The position numbers and the translations under genes were made by a program. A model generated the notes under the pieces. It was not told the origin of the DNA. It ran no database searches and was given only the letters and a program-made list of their open reading frames with translations. Shown here in pieces: positions 37,063 to 50,599 of a stretch of 64,000 bases of DNA; the stretch's first letter is position 1, and each line of letters starts with the position of its first letter. Source of the DNA: Octopus sinensis (lineage: Eukaryota); the NCBI RefSeq assembly GCF_006345805.1, contig NC_042998.1, positions 28,954,001 to 29,018,000 of the forward strand, written 5' to 3'.

Positions 37063-37400
37063 GGTGAAGGCACATGGCTCAGTGGTTAGAGCTTTGATCT
37101 TATGACTGTGAAGTTATGAGTTCGAATCCCGGATCGGGCTGCATGTTGTGTTCTTCAGCAAGACACTTTATTTCACGTTGCTCCAGTTAACTCAGCTGTA
37201 GAAATGAGTTGCGACATCACTGGTGCCAAGCTGTATCGGCCTTTGCCTTTCCCTTGGACAACATCAGTGGTGTGAAAAGGAGAGGCTGGTATGCATGGGC
37301 GACTGCTGGTCTTCCATAAACAACCTTGCCCAGATTTGTGCCTTGGAAGGTAACTTTCTAGGTGCAATCCCATGGTCATTCGTGACTGAAGGGGGTCTCC
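37063..37400 (+). mobile_element. tRNA-headed CORE-like SINE; related copies at 40402-40650 and 44641-44972
   Basis: TGGCTCAGTGGTTAGAGC / GTTCGAATCCC boxes, GTGTTCTT(G)AGCAAGACACTT. Confidence 0.8.
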
Positions 37401-38469
37401 GAAGTTAGACTGATCTCTTCATCTTGAGTGTTGCTTTCACTACATTTTGGCTGAGTATACTCCAGCTTTCTTATGAAGGCTTCACCATCGCATAAGCAGC
37501 TGAAATATCGTGAAAGCAACAATCAAGACAAGGACACCACTCCTACAAATACACAATACAAAAATTCCTCATTTCAGAAATACAGAATTGGATTATTATT
37601 TATCTGATAATTCAATGACAAATAGAAGAGGAAATGAGATTATAACAAAATGTTGTTACAAATTCTGGTTTTTCACTTTAATAGTTGAAATTCTTTTATT
37701 AATGTTGTTACTTGTCTTAAGTATGTGAGATATTTAGCCTAATGGATCATTTAACCCAATAGTTAACATTAATCTAATGAATTGTATTTAGCCTAAAAGA
37801 GACTTTTTATTGTTCTTGTATCATACACACTTGAATGTATTTCAAAGTAGTTTTGCAAGCTAACAAAGCAATCTTCAATTGAACAGTGCTCCTGCTGCCT
37901 CCATTTGTGATATTTAGACCTAGCACTTACGGAAAGTTAGATGGACAGATGAAAGGTGTATATCTTACCTATTATACATTTTAACATCATTAGTAGGGCC
38001 TTGTTCAATCATCAGTACAACGCTACTAGAAATAAAATAAATAAAATGATAGCAATCATTAAATAAAGAACTAATGGTTTATTGTGAACATGAAACGTTT
38101 TAAAGTGGGATTTAGAAAGAGCTGAGAGCATGATTTCTCAGTTAGGTGAGAAATCTCAACCAACTCTTTTCAAATGTGGCCTTCTCAAGTAGATATTAAT
38201 GGGGTAACACAACAACAACAACAGCAACAGCATCAATGGAAAATTGATATAAATACAAAATGTTTGTCTATACAGTAGAAAATTGATAAATATAAACATG
38301 TTTGTTTAAGTTGATTTTGGCCCATTTTAAAGAAAGGCTTTATACATGAAATAACAGCTGCCTTGCTGTGTCATCAAGTTCTTACCTTCCTGTGTAACAT
38401 GTTGTTCTTGTTTTTTAAAGTAATATATAAGGCTATGAACTTAGAAAAATCATACAAGACAAATATTGG

Positions 38470-38665
38470 TTTCAAATTTTGGCTCAAGGCCAGAAGTTTC
38501 AGGGGTGGTGGGCATGTCAGTTACATTAACCCTAGTATGCAACTGGATTTTATTTTATCAACCCCCAAACGGATGAAAGTCAAAGTTGACCTTGACGTTG
38601 TTTGAACAATGAAATACTGCCAAGCATTTTGTCTGGTGTGATAACAATACTGCCAGCTCACTGCC
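38470..38665 (-). mobile_element. SINE S2 copy
   Basis: CCAGCTCACTGCC is the reverse complement of the S2 head. Confidence 0.75.
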
Positions 38666-38699
38666 TTAATAATAATAATAATAATGATGATGATGATAA

Positions 38700-39265
38700 T
38701 GATGCCCTGATGTAGTACCAGGCAGTGGCTCTCGTGGCTTCTGATCTTAACTGATTGGAAGTGTTATCATGTACATTGTTTTGTCTTGGTATAAAAGATG
38801 GGATACAGCAAATATTCTGCTCAATACCACAGATTTGCTTGTCAGTTGTTTGACCATAACCAGTTGAGCATGTTCCTTAGTGGCTGACGATATGTGCATC
38901 TCTGATCACGAGCAGAAGTAGTGGGGGAATATCATAGCCATGTGTTGAGAGGGATTCTTTGGAGTTTGAATAATTCACCTCTGGAAACATGGGTGTTTCA
39001 TTCAACATCCTTAACCCTTATTCAGGGACCTTTTGAGTGGGATGGGTTACTTGACCAGAAGAAAATTCTAACTGGGCCCCACCTGCAAGATCATATGCTG
39101 TTTATCTTGATATGAGATCACCATGTCACACACATATGGTTGTGGTGCATGTGCCTAGTGTACCCTTATCAGATGGGTAGTCATGATGGGTATATTGGGC
39201 TTCGTATATTTTACCCCGGTGTCACTTTGATGGCATGCACTGCTCTCTCACTCAATAATAATAAT
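38700..39265 (+). mobile_element. (AAT)n-flanked non-coding retroelement family T (~560 bp)
   Basis: Starts after (AAT)n(GAT)n and ends CTCTCACTC(AAT)n; second copy at 3361-3800. Confidence 0.8.
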
Positions 39266-39267
39266 AA

Positions 39268-39990
39268 TTGAGTTAAAAGTGATTTAAAACCAGAAATGGA
39301 GGCTCTAACCTGTGCTGCCCAAGAGTAAGAATTAAGAACTAATTGCATCAAATACAGAATAGACAACACATCAGAAAATTTTAGGTGCAGAATTTGTGGA
39401 CAAAATGGTGAAACCATATGGCATATTACCAGCCAATGTGTACCACTAGCCCAGAAGGAATATAAGTGATGTTTGACAATATAGCAAGGGTTGTCCATTG
39501 GACACGTTGCAACAAGTATGGATTTGACAGAGCAAAAAAGCGGTATGAACATAAAACCGGGGTCATCATCGAAAATGATAATGCAAAGATCCTATGGGAT
39601 TTTATGATACAGTGCGACCATTAGATAGAAAACAGACAATGCTTGTTCATAGATATAGCATGCCCAACTGACAAAAAAGTATGCAATAATGATGAAAGAA
39701 AAGTTGATAGATATGACAGGTTAGCTTGGGAAGTTAAGCAATTGTGGTCTCTGAAAAAGGTAGTACTAGTACCAATAATTGTCAAAGCCCTGGGGGCAGT
39801 GAGTAAAAATCTTGAGAAATACATGAAACAAATAGGGGCTGCAATAAGGTTGGAGCACTTGCAGAAAACAGCACTACTCGGAACCACTCAAATACTCCAT
39901 ATCATGCTCGAAAAATAGGGGGTTTTATCTTAGTTCACTGGCACCGTGGTACATCTCCAGCATTAGAAGCTGTGCAAAGACAATAAAATA
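39268..39990 (+). mobile_element. R4/Dong-clade non-LTR retrotransposon 3' fragment (CCHC knuckle plus restriction-like endonuclease), pseudogenised
   Basis: KSDLKPEMEALTCAAQE*ELRTN..CRICGQNGETIWHITSQC..IDIACP..RKVDRYDRLAWEV..LQKTALLGT; (AAT)n on both sides. Confidence 0.88.
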
Positions 39991-40093
39991 ATGATAATAA
40001 TAACCCTTTCTGCTATCGGCACAAGGCCTGAAATTTGAAGTATTTACTGGTTTCACAGTTTACACTGATTTTCAAAAATAAAATATCTTTGTT

Positions 40094-40135
<42 letters not shown>

Positions 40136-40654
40136 GGATCAAAACATTTTGATTCATATATAAATATATATACATATATATAAAGACAGTTTGATTCAAA
40201 TTTGTTGGTATACTTGAGGTTTCAAGTGTGATGTTAGTTGTCAGCCATTATGGGTGTCAACTAGCATTATGCTTGAAACTGAAGAATACCAATGAATTTG
40301 AATCAAAATTTTTTGGTCCATACGTGTAGCTCCAAATAAATTTTTTGAGTGCCTGTCTTTTGTTTGTCCACTCATATACATATATATATACATGTGTGTG
40401 TGTGGAGGCGCATGGCTTAGTGGTTAGGGTGTTGAACTCATGATCGTAAGGTTGTGGTTTCACTTCCTGGACCGGGCGATGTGTTGTGTTCTTGAGCAAA
40501 GCACTTCATTTTCACGTTACTCCAGTCCACTCAGCTGGCAAAAATGAGTTATCCTGCGACAGACCAGAATCCCATCCATGTGAGGAATTTCTACGTCACT
40601 GAAACTGGGAAACTGGCCCTTATGAGTTTGGCATGGCTTGAGAAGGAACATTTA

Positions 40655-40830
40655 TATTTTATATATAGTTGAAATTTACAGAAAAACAAAAGATGAAGAC
40701 AGGTGTATGAACAGCAAGCAGGTGTGTTAGTTTGATGCTCTGGAAAGTGAGAAAGTCTTTTATGTTTCGAGCCTATGCTCTTCAGCAGAAAGGAATAAAA
40801 GAATACAAACAGAGAGAGAATAATCAGCAT
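40655..40830 (-). mobile_element. PLE-type family B copy with hammerhead-like motif at 40757-40792
   Basis: Minus: CTTT-CTGCTGA-A-GAGC-ATAG-GCTC-GAAAC-ATA-AAAG. Confidence 0.6.
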
Positions 40831-41089
40831 GTATAGTTAAATAGCTAAGAACATATGAATATTTAATTTAAAACAAATGAATAGGATCAGCCAATTTGTT
40901 CCAGACTGGAATATATTTAATCTGATTGTGCATTCATATTTGAATTTGTAATTGCAGAAGCAAATGTTTATGTTATAAACATTCTAGGTAATCTGCTTAA
41001 AAAAGTTGACATTTTTTGCTGCAAAATATAAACTTCAACTTTGAAATATAAATGAGAGAGTCAGAGTGTGAAAAATATGTCTAAAGTTT

Positions 41090-41690
41090 AATATGACCCC
41101 ACTGTTCTGTTTCTTTTAATTCCTTTCTACTCAAGGCACAACTGGTACTTAAATTATAGACCCCGAAAGGATAAAAGGCAAATGTGACATCAGCAGAATT
41201 TGAACTCAGAATGTAAAGACAGATGAAATACCGCCAAGCATTTTGCCCGGCATGCTTATGTTTCTGCCATCTCACCACTTTACTGTTTCTTTTAATTGCT
41301 TCAGTCATTAGACTGTGGCCATGCTGGGGCACTGCCTTGAAGAATTTTTAGTCAAATTAATCGATCCCAGGACTTAATTTTCGATAAACCTGGTACTTAT
41401 TTTATCAGTCTCTTTTGCCAAACCACTAAGTTATGGGGAAATGTAATTTTACCAACACCAGTTGTCAAGAAGTGGTGGGCACAAACACATATAAAGACAC
41501 ACTCACACACATATAATATAATACACACACGATGGGCTTCTTTCAGTTTCCACCCACCAAATCCACTCACAAGGCTTTGGTAGGCCTGAGGCTATAAGAA
41601 GACACTTGCCTAAGATGCCACACAGTAGGACTGAACACAGAACCATGTGGTTGGTAAGCAAGCTTCTTACCACACAGCCACTCCTGCGCC
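41090..41690 (-). mobile_element. SINE S2 (41090-41280) and SINE S1 (41280-41690), both minus
   Basis: Reverse-complement matches; CCACTCCTGCGCC is the S1 head. Confidence 0.82.
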
Positions 41691-41954
41691 TATATTCAAA
41701 TTTATATATTATGCATTCATACCAGACAAAGGTTTGAAATACTTAGAATCTAAGATTTAAATTTTCAAAATTTGATTGATGAGGCAATTAAGTGAAATGG
41801 TTGATAGAAACTGATATAAACACCCAAGGTAATTTAGAAAAAAACCATTGATTTATTTGACTGAAAATATAGCTTCATATGAAAATTTAATATAATAGAT
41901 ATTTAGTGTAACATATGATGGTTTAAATTAGTGTTATTATTAACTCTATATAAA

Positions 41955-43400
41955 GCAGTGAGCTGGCAGAGTTGCTAGCACACCGGGTAGAATGCTTAGG
42001 GGTATTTCATCTGTTGCTATGTTGTAAGTTCGAATTCCACTAAGGTTAGCTTTGCTTTTCATTCTATTGGGGTCAATAAATTAAGTACCAGTCAAGTACT
42101 GGGGTTCATGTGATCGATTATCCTCCTCCGCACAAAAATCCAGTCCTTGTGCCTATAGAAGAAAGGATTATTAACTCTATATATTAAGTTTTCTTTATGC
42201 TTGTGTGTGTGTATACACACACAAACACACACGTATATATTATCATTGTCATCATTGTTGTCATCATTTAATGTCCATGATCTTGGTTGGTCAGACATGT
42301 ACTTTATATATAAATACAAAAGTACTTTTCTATAAAATTTCCAAAGTGCAGATTCCAGAGTAGGTAGATAATATATATATATGTATAAGAATTTTTTTGT
42401 GTAGTAAAATAAAAAAACCAAGGCTGTGTAGATATTGGAGCATTTATAAACAGAATACTTGGCTTACAAAGAATAAGCCTGAGGTCGATTTGTCTGACTA
42501 AAAGCTGTGCTCCAGCATGGCCACAGTCAAATGTCTGAAACAAGCAAAAGAATAAAAGAAAAATAGAAAAGGTGTGGTTAGGAAGCAAACTTCTTTACCA
42601 CAAATGTATGGCTGTGTGTGTGTGTCTGTCTGTGTATACATGTGCGTATGTCTGTGTGCATGTGTTTGTGTGTATGTGTGTGTGTGCCATATCAAAACCT
42701 CATATCAGTCTACAAAACATTGGCATTTGCATATTGATTTACATTTCCTATAGAAATACCAATGTTAATATTTATGGACATCTGTATGTACATTTGTGCG
42801 TTTGAGCATATGCAAATATAAAACACACAAACATATTGACAAAAACATGAAAAGAAATAGGAATTTAGCTGGTTAGCATAAGACTAAACCAACCAAACCT
42901 AGTTGTTTGACTTCTGCATATAACATTATTCTTCCCTTCAAAGGCGGCAAGCTGGTAGAATCATTAGCATGCCAGGCGAAATGCTTAGCGGTATTTCGTC
43001 TACCGTTCAAATTCTGAGTTCTGAGTTCAAATTCCGCCGAGGTCGACTTTGCTTTTCATCCTTTCGGGGGTCGATAAATTAAGTACTAGTTATGTACTGG
43101 GGTCGATGTAATCGACTTAATCCCTTTGTTTGTCCTTGTTTGTCCCCTCTATATTTAGCACCTTGTGGGCAATAAAGAAATAAGAATCATTAGCATGCTG
43201 GAGAAAATGCTTAGCATTATTTTTTTAAGCCGCTACATTCTGAGTTCAAATTCCGCCAAGGTTGACTTTTCCTTTCATCGTTTTAGGGGTCGATGAAATA
43301 AGTACCAGGTACGTACTGGGGTTGATACAATTGACTAGCCCCTACCCCAATTTTCAGGCCTTGTGCCTCCAATAGAAAAGATTATTCTTCCCTTCATTAA
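41955..43400 (+). mobile_element. Cluster of S2 copies (41955-42170, 42945-43180, 43185-43380) and an S1 3' module (42455-42600)
   Basis: Repeated S2 heads and central domain. Confidence 0.78.
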
Positions 43401-43754
43401 TATTTTTGTTTCAAATTTTGGCAGAAGGCCAGCAATTTCGAGGTGGTAGTGGGCACATGGCTTAGTGGTTAGAGTAGTGAACCCACTAGCATAGAAACTG
43501 GACGTTAAATGATGATGATGATGAGTTCCTGCTTTCTAACACATCTCCCTTTCCCTTGAAGCAATTTACAATGATACATACACACATATACACATACATA
43601 CATGTGTATATGTGTGCCTGTATATACATATAAAAATAGGCTTGCAGATAGAGATGTGTGGAGATACATATCTCTACACATGTCTTTCAGCTTTTGCTTT
43701 AAATCCTTCTGGAGTTGATAAAAATTAGTGCCATCCAATAGTTGATTAAATATA

Positions 43755-44239
43755 CTATCATCATCATCATTTAACATCCGTTTTCTGCGCTAGCATGGGT
43801 CGGACGGTTTGACCAGAGTCTGGGAAGCCAGGGGCTGCACCAGGCTCCAGTCTGATCTGGCAGTGTTTCTACAGCTGGATGCCCTTCCTAATGCCAACCA
43901 CTCCGCGAGTGTAGTGGGTGCTTTTTACATGCCACCGGCACATACTATGTATGTATAATAAATATATATCATCATCATCATCATTTAATGTCTGCTTTCC
44001 ATGGTGGCATGGGTTGGGCCATTTGAAAGGTGCTGACAGAAGACTGTGCCAGACTGTCTGTTTTGGCATGGTTTCTACAGCTGTATACCCTCCCTAACAC
44101 CAACCACTTTACAAGGTGTATTGGGGGATTGTTACATGGCACTGTGCTCTGTGAACTGGGGGTTGACAATGGAACATAGAGGAATAGCTTGTAGGTGTGT
44201 ATAAGCAATGTACAAAGGAGCAGTTAGGTGCCTTTTGTA

Positions 44240-44278
<39 letters not shown>

Positions 44279-44620
44279 CATACACAAACATTTGCTCATA
44301 TATACAATGAAGATTTGTAAAACACTCTAAAGATCCTTCATTTGTGATTTCTGGAATTGATATATGCCCAAAACTGTATATGTGCTTCTAGCAAATGCAG
44401 ACACACATACACACACATGTATGTACTAAAGCAACATGTACATCTATTAGATGAATACTCTGTGAAGTGGCTGATGCTAGGAAGGACATCCAGCAATAGA
44501 AACCATACCAAGCCTGGCAGTAGAGCTTGGTGCAGACTTTTGCCTGGCCACCACCTGTTAACTATCCAACCCATGCCAGCATGGAAAATGGATGTTAATG
44601 ACAATGATGAACATGATGAT
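43755..44620. mobile_element. Three family S3 copies (43755-43945 minus, 43970-44140 minus, 44455-44620 plus)
   Basis: Core and tail motifs. Confidence 0.78.
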
Positions 44621-45129
44621 GGTAACATACAGCTTATCTAGTGAAGGTGCATGGCTCAGTGGTTAGAGTGTCGAGCTCACAATCATGAGGTAGTGAGTTC
44701 AATTCCCGGACCGGGCTGCATGTTGTGTTCTTGAGCAAAACACTTTGTTTCACTCAGCTGTAGAAATGAGTTGCAATGTCACTGGTGCCAAGCTGTATCG
44801 GCTTTTGCCTATCCGTTGGATAACATCAGTGGCGTAGAGAGCGGGGGGTGGTGGCGGCTGGTATGCATGGGCGACTGCTGGCCTTCCACAAATAACTTTG
44901 CCCGGACTTGCACCTTGGAGGGCAACTTTCTATGTGCAAGCCCATAGTCAGTCATGACTAAAGGGGTTCTTTACTCTTTACACTTTATATACATAAACTA
45001 ACTCCCTCATATAATTACAAGTCCTTGGAACTGTTTTGATCCAAAGGAACAAGCTTTTGTAATTTTGTTAGTGACCATCTTGAATTCTGCAAAGAACTTC
45101 AACAAATCTCAATGAAACACAAAGATAAG

Positions 45130-45550
45130 AAGTGAGGGTTGTATGGTAAACAGCTTGCATACCAACCCCATGGTTCCGGGTTCAGTCCCACTGCATGGCA
45201 CCTTGGCCAAGTGTCTTCTACTATAGCCTTGGGCCGACCAAAGCCTTGTGAGTGGATTTGGTAGACAGAAACTGAAAGAAGCTCGTTGGATATATGTGTA
45301 TATATATATATATATATATTTGTGTGCATGTTTGTGTGTCTGTGTTTGTATCCCCCCAACATTGCTTGACAACAGATGCTGGTGGGTTTACAACCCCATA
45401 ACATTAGCGGTTCGGCAAAAGAGACCAATAGAATAAGTACTAGGCTTACAAAGAATAAGTCCTGGGGGTCAATTTCCTCGACTAAAGGTGGTGCTCCAGC
45501 ATGGCCGCAGTCAAATCACTGAAACAAAAAAAAAGAGTAAAAAGAGAGTA
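45130..45550 (+). mobile_element. SINE S1 copy
   Basis: Homology to 527-934. Confidence 0.85.
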
Positions 45551-45849
45551 AAGAGAATGCTGCTGGCATTATTTTATCCAGGGCTCTAATGACATTACCA
45601 TTCTAATTAACCCCGGTACTTGATTGCTACTTATTTCATTGACTTTACTACGATGAAATGCAAAGTTGACCTCAATGTAAAAAGATATCACCAAACACCA
45701 CAAGGCATTAATCCCGATGCTTCTGATTCTGCCAAACCAATGATATTAGATTACCATTGAGACTCTTCTAGAAGACATCAGGAGAGCCTGATGACAACCT
45801 TTTATGTTTTCTTGGTTTTTCTATTTCTTTTTCATTCTTCTCGCTAATA

Positions 45850-46620
45850 ACTTTGTTCTTTCCTACCGTCTTTGTTATAATTACCATTCTCTTTGAAGCT
45901 TTCCCTTTCTCATATTCTCCTTCTTTCTATTTCATTCACTTTCTTCATTTGCCTCTTTCAATTTTTTTTCTTTCTCTTTTATTCTTAGATTTTTCTCTCA
46001 CTCACTCTCTCTTTCTCTCTTGCTTTTTATCCGCTTCATTCTCTCTCACTTTCTGTTACTCTTTTATTCTTCCCTCCCTCTCTCTCTCTTTCACCCTCTC
46101 CATTCTCTCTTGTTCCCTGTTACTCTTTCATTTTTTCCCTCCTTCTCCCTCTCTCTCTTTCACCTTCTCCATTATCTCTTGTTCTCTGTTACTCCTTTAT
46201 TTTTTCCCTCCTTCTCTCTCTCCTTCACCTCTACATTCTCTCTCACTCTCCGTTATTCTTTCATTTTTCTCTTCCTCCCACCCTTTCTATCTCTTTCTCT
46301 CTTTCACCCTCTCCATTCTATCTTGCTTTCTGTTACTCTTATTTTTTTCTCTCTCTCTCCACTTTTAAGATATTTTCTTTATTAAATATTTACCTAATTT
46401 CCTTCATTTTTCTTTGTTACACTTTCTCTCTCACCCTCTCTCTCTCTCCTCCCTTCGTCCCTCTCCTCCTCTCTTCTGACAAATTACTCATCATTCCCTT
46501 TCTCTCTCACTTTCTATTATTTCAAACAATTCTCTTGAATTCCTTGCTTCCACTAAACTTATTTTCTTTTGGCCCTCTTCCTTTTTTTATATCATCTCTC
46601 TCTCCCTCTCTCTCTCAACT
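45850..46620. repeat. CT-rich low-complexity tract with a thrice-repeated ~45-bp unit
   Basis: CTTTCACC(C/T)TCTCCATT..CTGTTACTC near 46088, 46158 and 46301. Confidence 0.85.
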
Positions 46621-46899
46621 GGTTCATTTACCTCATTTCTGCTTCTTTATACTAATTAATTACCTTAGTGTAATTACATAGCTGTCTGAGGTCAACAATC
46701 TTAAATGAAAGCTTCAGAGGAAAATTCTCTCTGGTATTCTTTAGAATGACATCTGCACAAGACTTTGGCCTTCTTTGTATATAATTCCTTTGCAAAACCA
46801 TTTTTGCATTCCTGACAAAAGAAGAAGGAAAAGAAAAAGAAAAAAAGGGAAATTAATTTCTCATTGCCGTCATTTGCACTCTACTTGCGATCGTTATCA

Positions 46900-47270
46900 T
46901 TTTTGTCAGCATTCATCACCACCATCATCATTACCATCATCACCACCATCATCATCGTCATCATCACCACCACCACCACCACCACCATCATCATCAATAC
47001 CATCATCACCATTATCATCATCACCATCACTACCATCATCATCATCACTATCATGAATATAATTGTCATCGTCATTGTCACCATCATGATCATCATCATC
47101 ACTACAACAGTTATGATCATAATAACCCTCATTATCATTATCAGCATCATCGTAATAACAGCCTCTACAGTCATTCATCATCCTCCCTACCAATCTAATC
47201 CTTCCTATTGCTGTTATCACTGTGAGTTTCCTCTTCCTCCTCCTCCCCATCATCATCATCATCACCACTG
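46900..47270. repeat. Degenerate (CAT/CAC)n tract
   Basis: Direct reading; source of several spurious ORFs. Confidence 0.92.
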
Positions 47271-47531
47271 TTATCAATCCCGCTGTCTGTATTCTTATTT
47301 ATGTTGTCATATGCATCAGACAGTTCTACATCCCAGTTTTTTTTTGCTTCGCCTTAATTCAATTCAATTCTTTGACTTCTCATTCATGAAAGACTTCCAT
47401 CTTCTCATCATCTTCATTTCAAACAAGATGTCAGCTGATATAATTGAACGTAAATACTTTTATTCATGTAAATCAAATTGTCTGCAAAGTGAAGGAACTG
47501 AGCACATGTTTGTGAGTTTAAAATAATATAT

Positions 47532-47670
47532 AGGCGCAGGAGTGGCTATGTGGTAAATAGCTTGCTTACCAACCATATGGTTCCGGGTTCAGTCCCACTG
47601 CATAGCACCATGGGTAGGTGTCTTCTACTATAACCCTAGGGCCGACCAAAACCTTGTGAGTGGATTTGGA
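47532..47670 (+). mobile_element. SINE S1 head module
   Basis: GGCGCAGGAGTGGCTATGTGGTAAATAGC. Confidence 0.82.
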
Positions 47671-47831
47671 TTTTATGGAGCTTGTTGATGATTAGAGATT
47701 ATCCCTTCTACTGCAGAAATCTGATTTATCCACTCAAAACTTTTTTACTCCTAACTGCAGAAAGCAGTTTTATATACTAAGTTATCTTTTATTGAGGAAG
47801 GTCATGTTTAAATCTATTTATATTGAGATCA

Positions 47832-48445
47832 GTACCGCCTGATTGGCACTCATGCCAGTGGAACGTTAAAAGTACATCCGAACGTGGGGTGTAACCAGCC
47901 TACTTATGAGTACCCCTAATTCATTAGACAATGAACTTTGCTTGTGAAGACCTATTGGGGCAAGTGAAATCAAAATCAAAATCGCTGACGTGGCCAATAA
48001 CAGTACTGCCTGATTGGCACTCATGCCAGTGGAATGTTAAAAGCACATCCGAACATGATCGTTGCCAGGGCCTCAGATTGGCTCCTGTGCCAGTGGTATG
48101 TGAAAAGCACCATTCAAGCATGATCAGTGCCAGCATCACCTTACTGGCAAATGTGCTGGTGGCACGTGATAAACAACATTTGAGCATGGTCGTTGCCAGT
48201 GCGGCTACACTGGCTTCCTTGCACGTAGCACATAAAATGCACCTTTTGAGTATGGTCGTTGCCAGAACCACCTGATGGGCCCTCGTGCTGGTATCATGTA
48301 AAAGCACCCACTACACTCTCAGAGTGGTTGGTGCAAGGAAGGGCATCCAGCTGTAGAAACTTTGCCAGATCAGATTGAGCCTCAGTCAAACCATCCAACC
48401 CATGCCAGCATGGAAAGTGGATGTTAAACGATGATGATAATGATG
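47832..48445 (+). mobile_element. Long family S3 copy with about 6 tandem units
   Basis: Repeated units, core and GAT tail. Confidence 0.85.
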
Positions 48446-49239
48446 TGTCGATTTTATTGTGGTAATGTAATTTTAAGAAAATACCATTTATATTTTTTGG
48501 TAGATATTAAACATCATCACTAGAATAACCATGATATTCAATTTTGCAGTTAAAGGGTTAAATTATTTGATACATGATTTAGCAAAACCCAGAAGAGACG
48601 TGCTTAGCAGTTTAAGCAATTTTCCCATCAGAACTAATTAATAACATTTCAGAATGTAATACCCTAAGGAAGATGTTTGTTTAGCTTTTCTATTTCCAGA
48701 ATTATTTGTCAATCATTAATTTGTTGAGGCCAGCTAGATTATTATACTCAGGTGAGAAAAAAAACAACAAAAAAGAAAAAAAAAGGACAGAAAAGGAACA
48801 TTGGTAAAGAAGCAAAATTCCATTGCCTCAAAGTCCCAACTGGAAATATTTCTCATTGTTAAAGCTCTTGTATTTTACCCTTTCACTTAAAATAGGATCA
48901 CAAAATTGATTTTTTTCCCGTGTGTAATTTTATTTTATTTTTTAATTAGGAAGCCTTGGCTGTCAGTGCTCTTCCCAGCACATTTCTAAAACCTATCTTG
49001 CCCCAGCACACTTGTAATTAATTTACTATATTAAATTGTAATCAGTAAGTTGTTACAACTTTCAATTATATTATTGATCTATTTATTAAATATCCACGAG
49101 ATTAGATATAACTTTAAGGATGATAAAATTCTCAAGAGATAAAATATTCTAAACAAAGAGAAATGACTATCACCAATAATGCCAACTTATATTACTAGAG
49201 AAAAAAACCACTCTATAACAATAGAAATAATAATAATAA

Positions 49240-50035
49240 TAAGGGATGGTGAAGATAAGTCAGACAGACAGACAAAAGAGGGCTGTGGATGACTAAAAGT
49301 GATTTAGAACTGGAAATGGAGGCTCTAATCTGTACTAAGAACAGACTACATAAAATACAGAATAGACAACACATCAGAAAGTGATAAGTGCAGAATTTGT
49401 GGGCAAAATGGTGAAACCGTATGGCATATTAACAGCCAATGTATGCCAATAGCCCAGAAGGAATATAAGAGATGCCATGACAATAAAGCCAGGCTTGTCC
49501 ATTGGACACTTTGCAACAAGTATGGACATGACAGAGCAAAAATTGATATGACCACAAACCTGAAGGCATCATCGAAAATAGAAATGCAAAGATCCTATGG
49601 GATTTTATGATTCAGTGTGACCATGAGATAGAGAATAGGTAGTCAGACATAATCTTAATTGAGAAAGAAAACAAACTATGCTGGATCATAGATATAGCAT
49701 GCCTAGTTGACAACAAGATATGCAATAAGGAAGAAAGAAAAGTCGAGAGATATAACAGGTTAGCTTGGGAAGTTAAGCAGTTGTGGTCGATGAAAAAGGT
49801 GGTAGTAGTACCAATAATTGTTGGAACCCTGGGAACAGTGAGCAAAAATCTTGAGAAGTCCATGGAACAAATAGGGGCTGCAATAAGGGTGGAGCACTTG
49901 CAGAAAAAAGACCTGCTTGGATCCATTCGAATGCTCTGGAAGGTGCTTGAAAAATAAGAGGTGTTATATTAGTTCACTGGTAGTGAACAGCTGGCACTGT
50001 AGTACATCTCCAGCATTAGAAGCTGTGCAATGGTA
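49240..50035 (+). mobile_element. R4/Dong-clade 3' fragment, same family as 39268-39990
   Basis: CRICGQNGETVWHINSQC, RCHDN, DIILIEKENKLCWIIDIAC; (AAT)n flanks. Confidence 0.88.
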
Positions 50036-50044
50036 ATAATAATA

Positions 50045-50200
50045 ATCTTTTCTACTCTAGGCACAAGGCCCGAAATTTTGGGTGGAAAGGGCCAGTGAAT
50101 TAGATTGACCCCAGTACACAACTGCTACTTAATTTACCGATCTTCAAAGGATGAAAGACAAAGTCAATCTCGGCAGGATTTGAACTCAGAAGAGTTATGT
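50045..50200 (-). mobile_element. SINE S2 3' part
   Basis: TTTCTACTCTAGGCACAAGG is the reverse complement of the S2 tail. Confidence 0.8.
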
Positions 50201-50239
50201 CAATCCATTTAAAATATAATATGATTATAATAATGATAA

Positions 50240-50276
<37 letters not shown>

Positions 50277-50299
50277 TAATAATAATAATCATTGTTACT

Positions 50300-50575
50300 T
50301 AGCTTAGATACCAGGAAAATCGAAAATGGCAGAAATTCAAAAGATAGTGCTCATGGGAACTGCCCATATCCTATGTAAAATACTGTCTATGTAATCTCAA
50401 ATTTTTAAAACAAACTCATAATTTTCTAATGTTTTCTTAAATATTCTTTAGAACAATACTATGTGCAAAACCAAATATATGATACCCTAGGCATAACACC
50501 AACATGAACTTCTAACTTGTCTCTGGGGGAGACTTGGAGGCAACTTGTACAAATACAAAGCAAAGGTTAAGCATA
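50300..50575 (+). mobile_element. Second R4/Dong-like family, extreme 3' end
   Basis: IPGKSKMAEIQKIVLMGTAHILCKILSM* parallels LQKTALLGTARIL..L; embedded in (AAT)n on both sides. Confidence 0.7.
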
Positions 50576-50599
50576 TAATAATAATAATAATACTAGTAA

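Noticed and set aside
38700-38780. Weak similarity of the element T start (reverse strand) to U2 snRNA pieces (TAAGATCA, CCTGGTAC/TTGCA)
   Set aside because: Only short scattered matches without collinearity; not a U2 gene.
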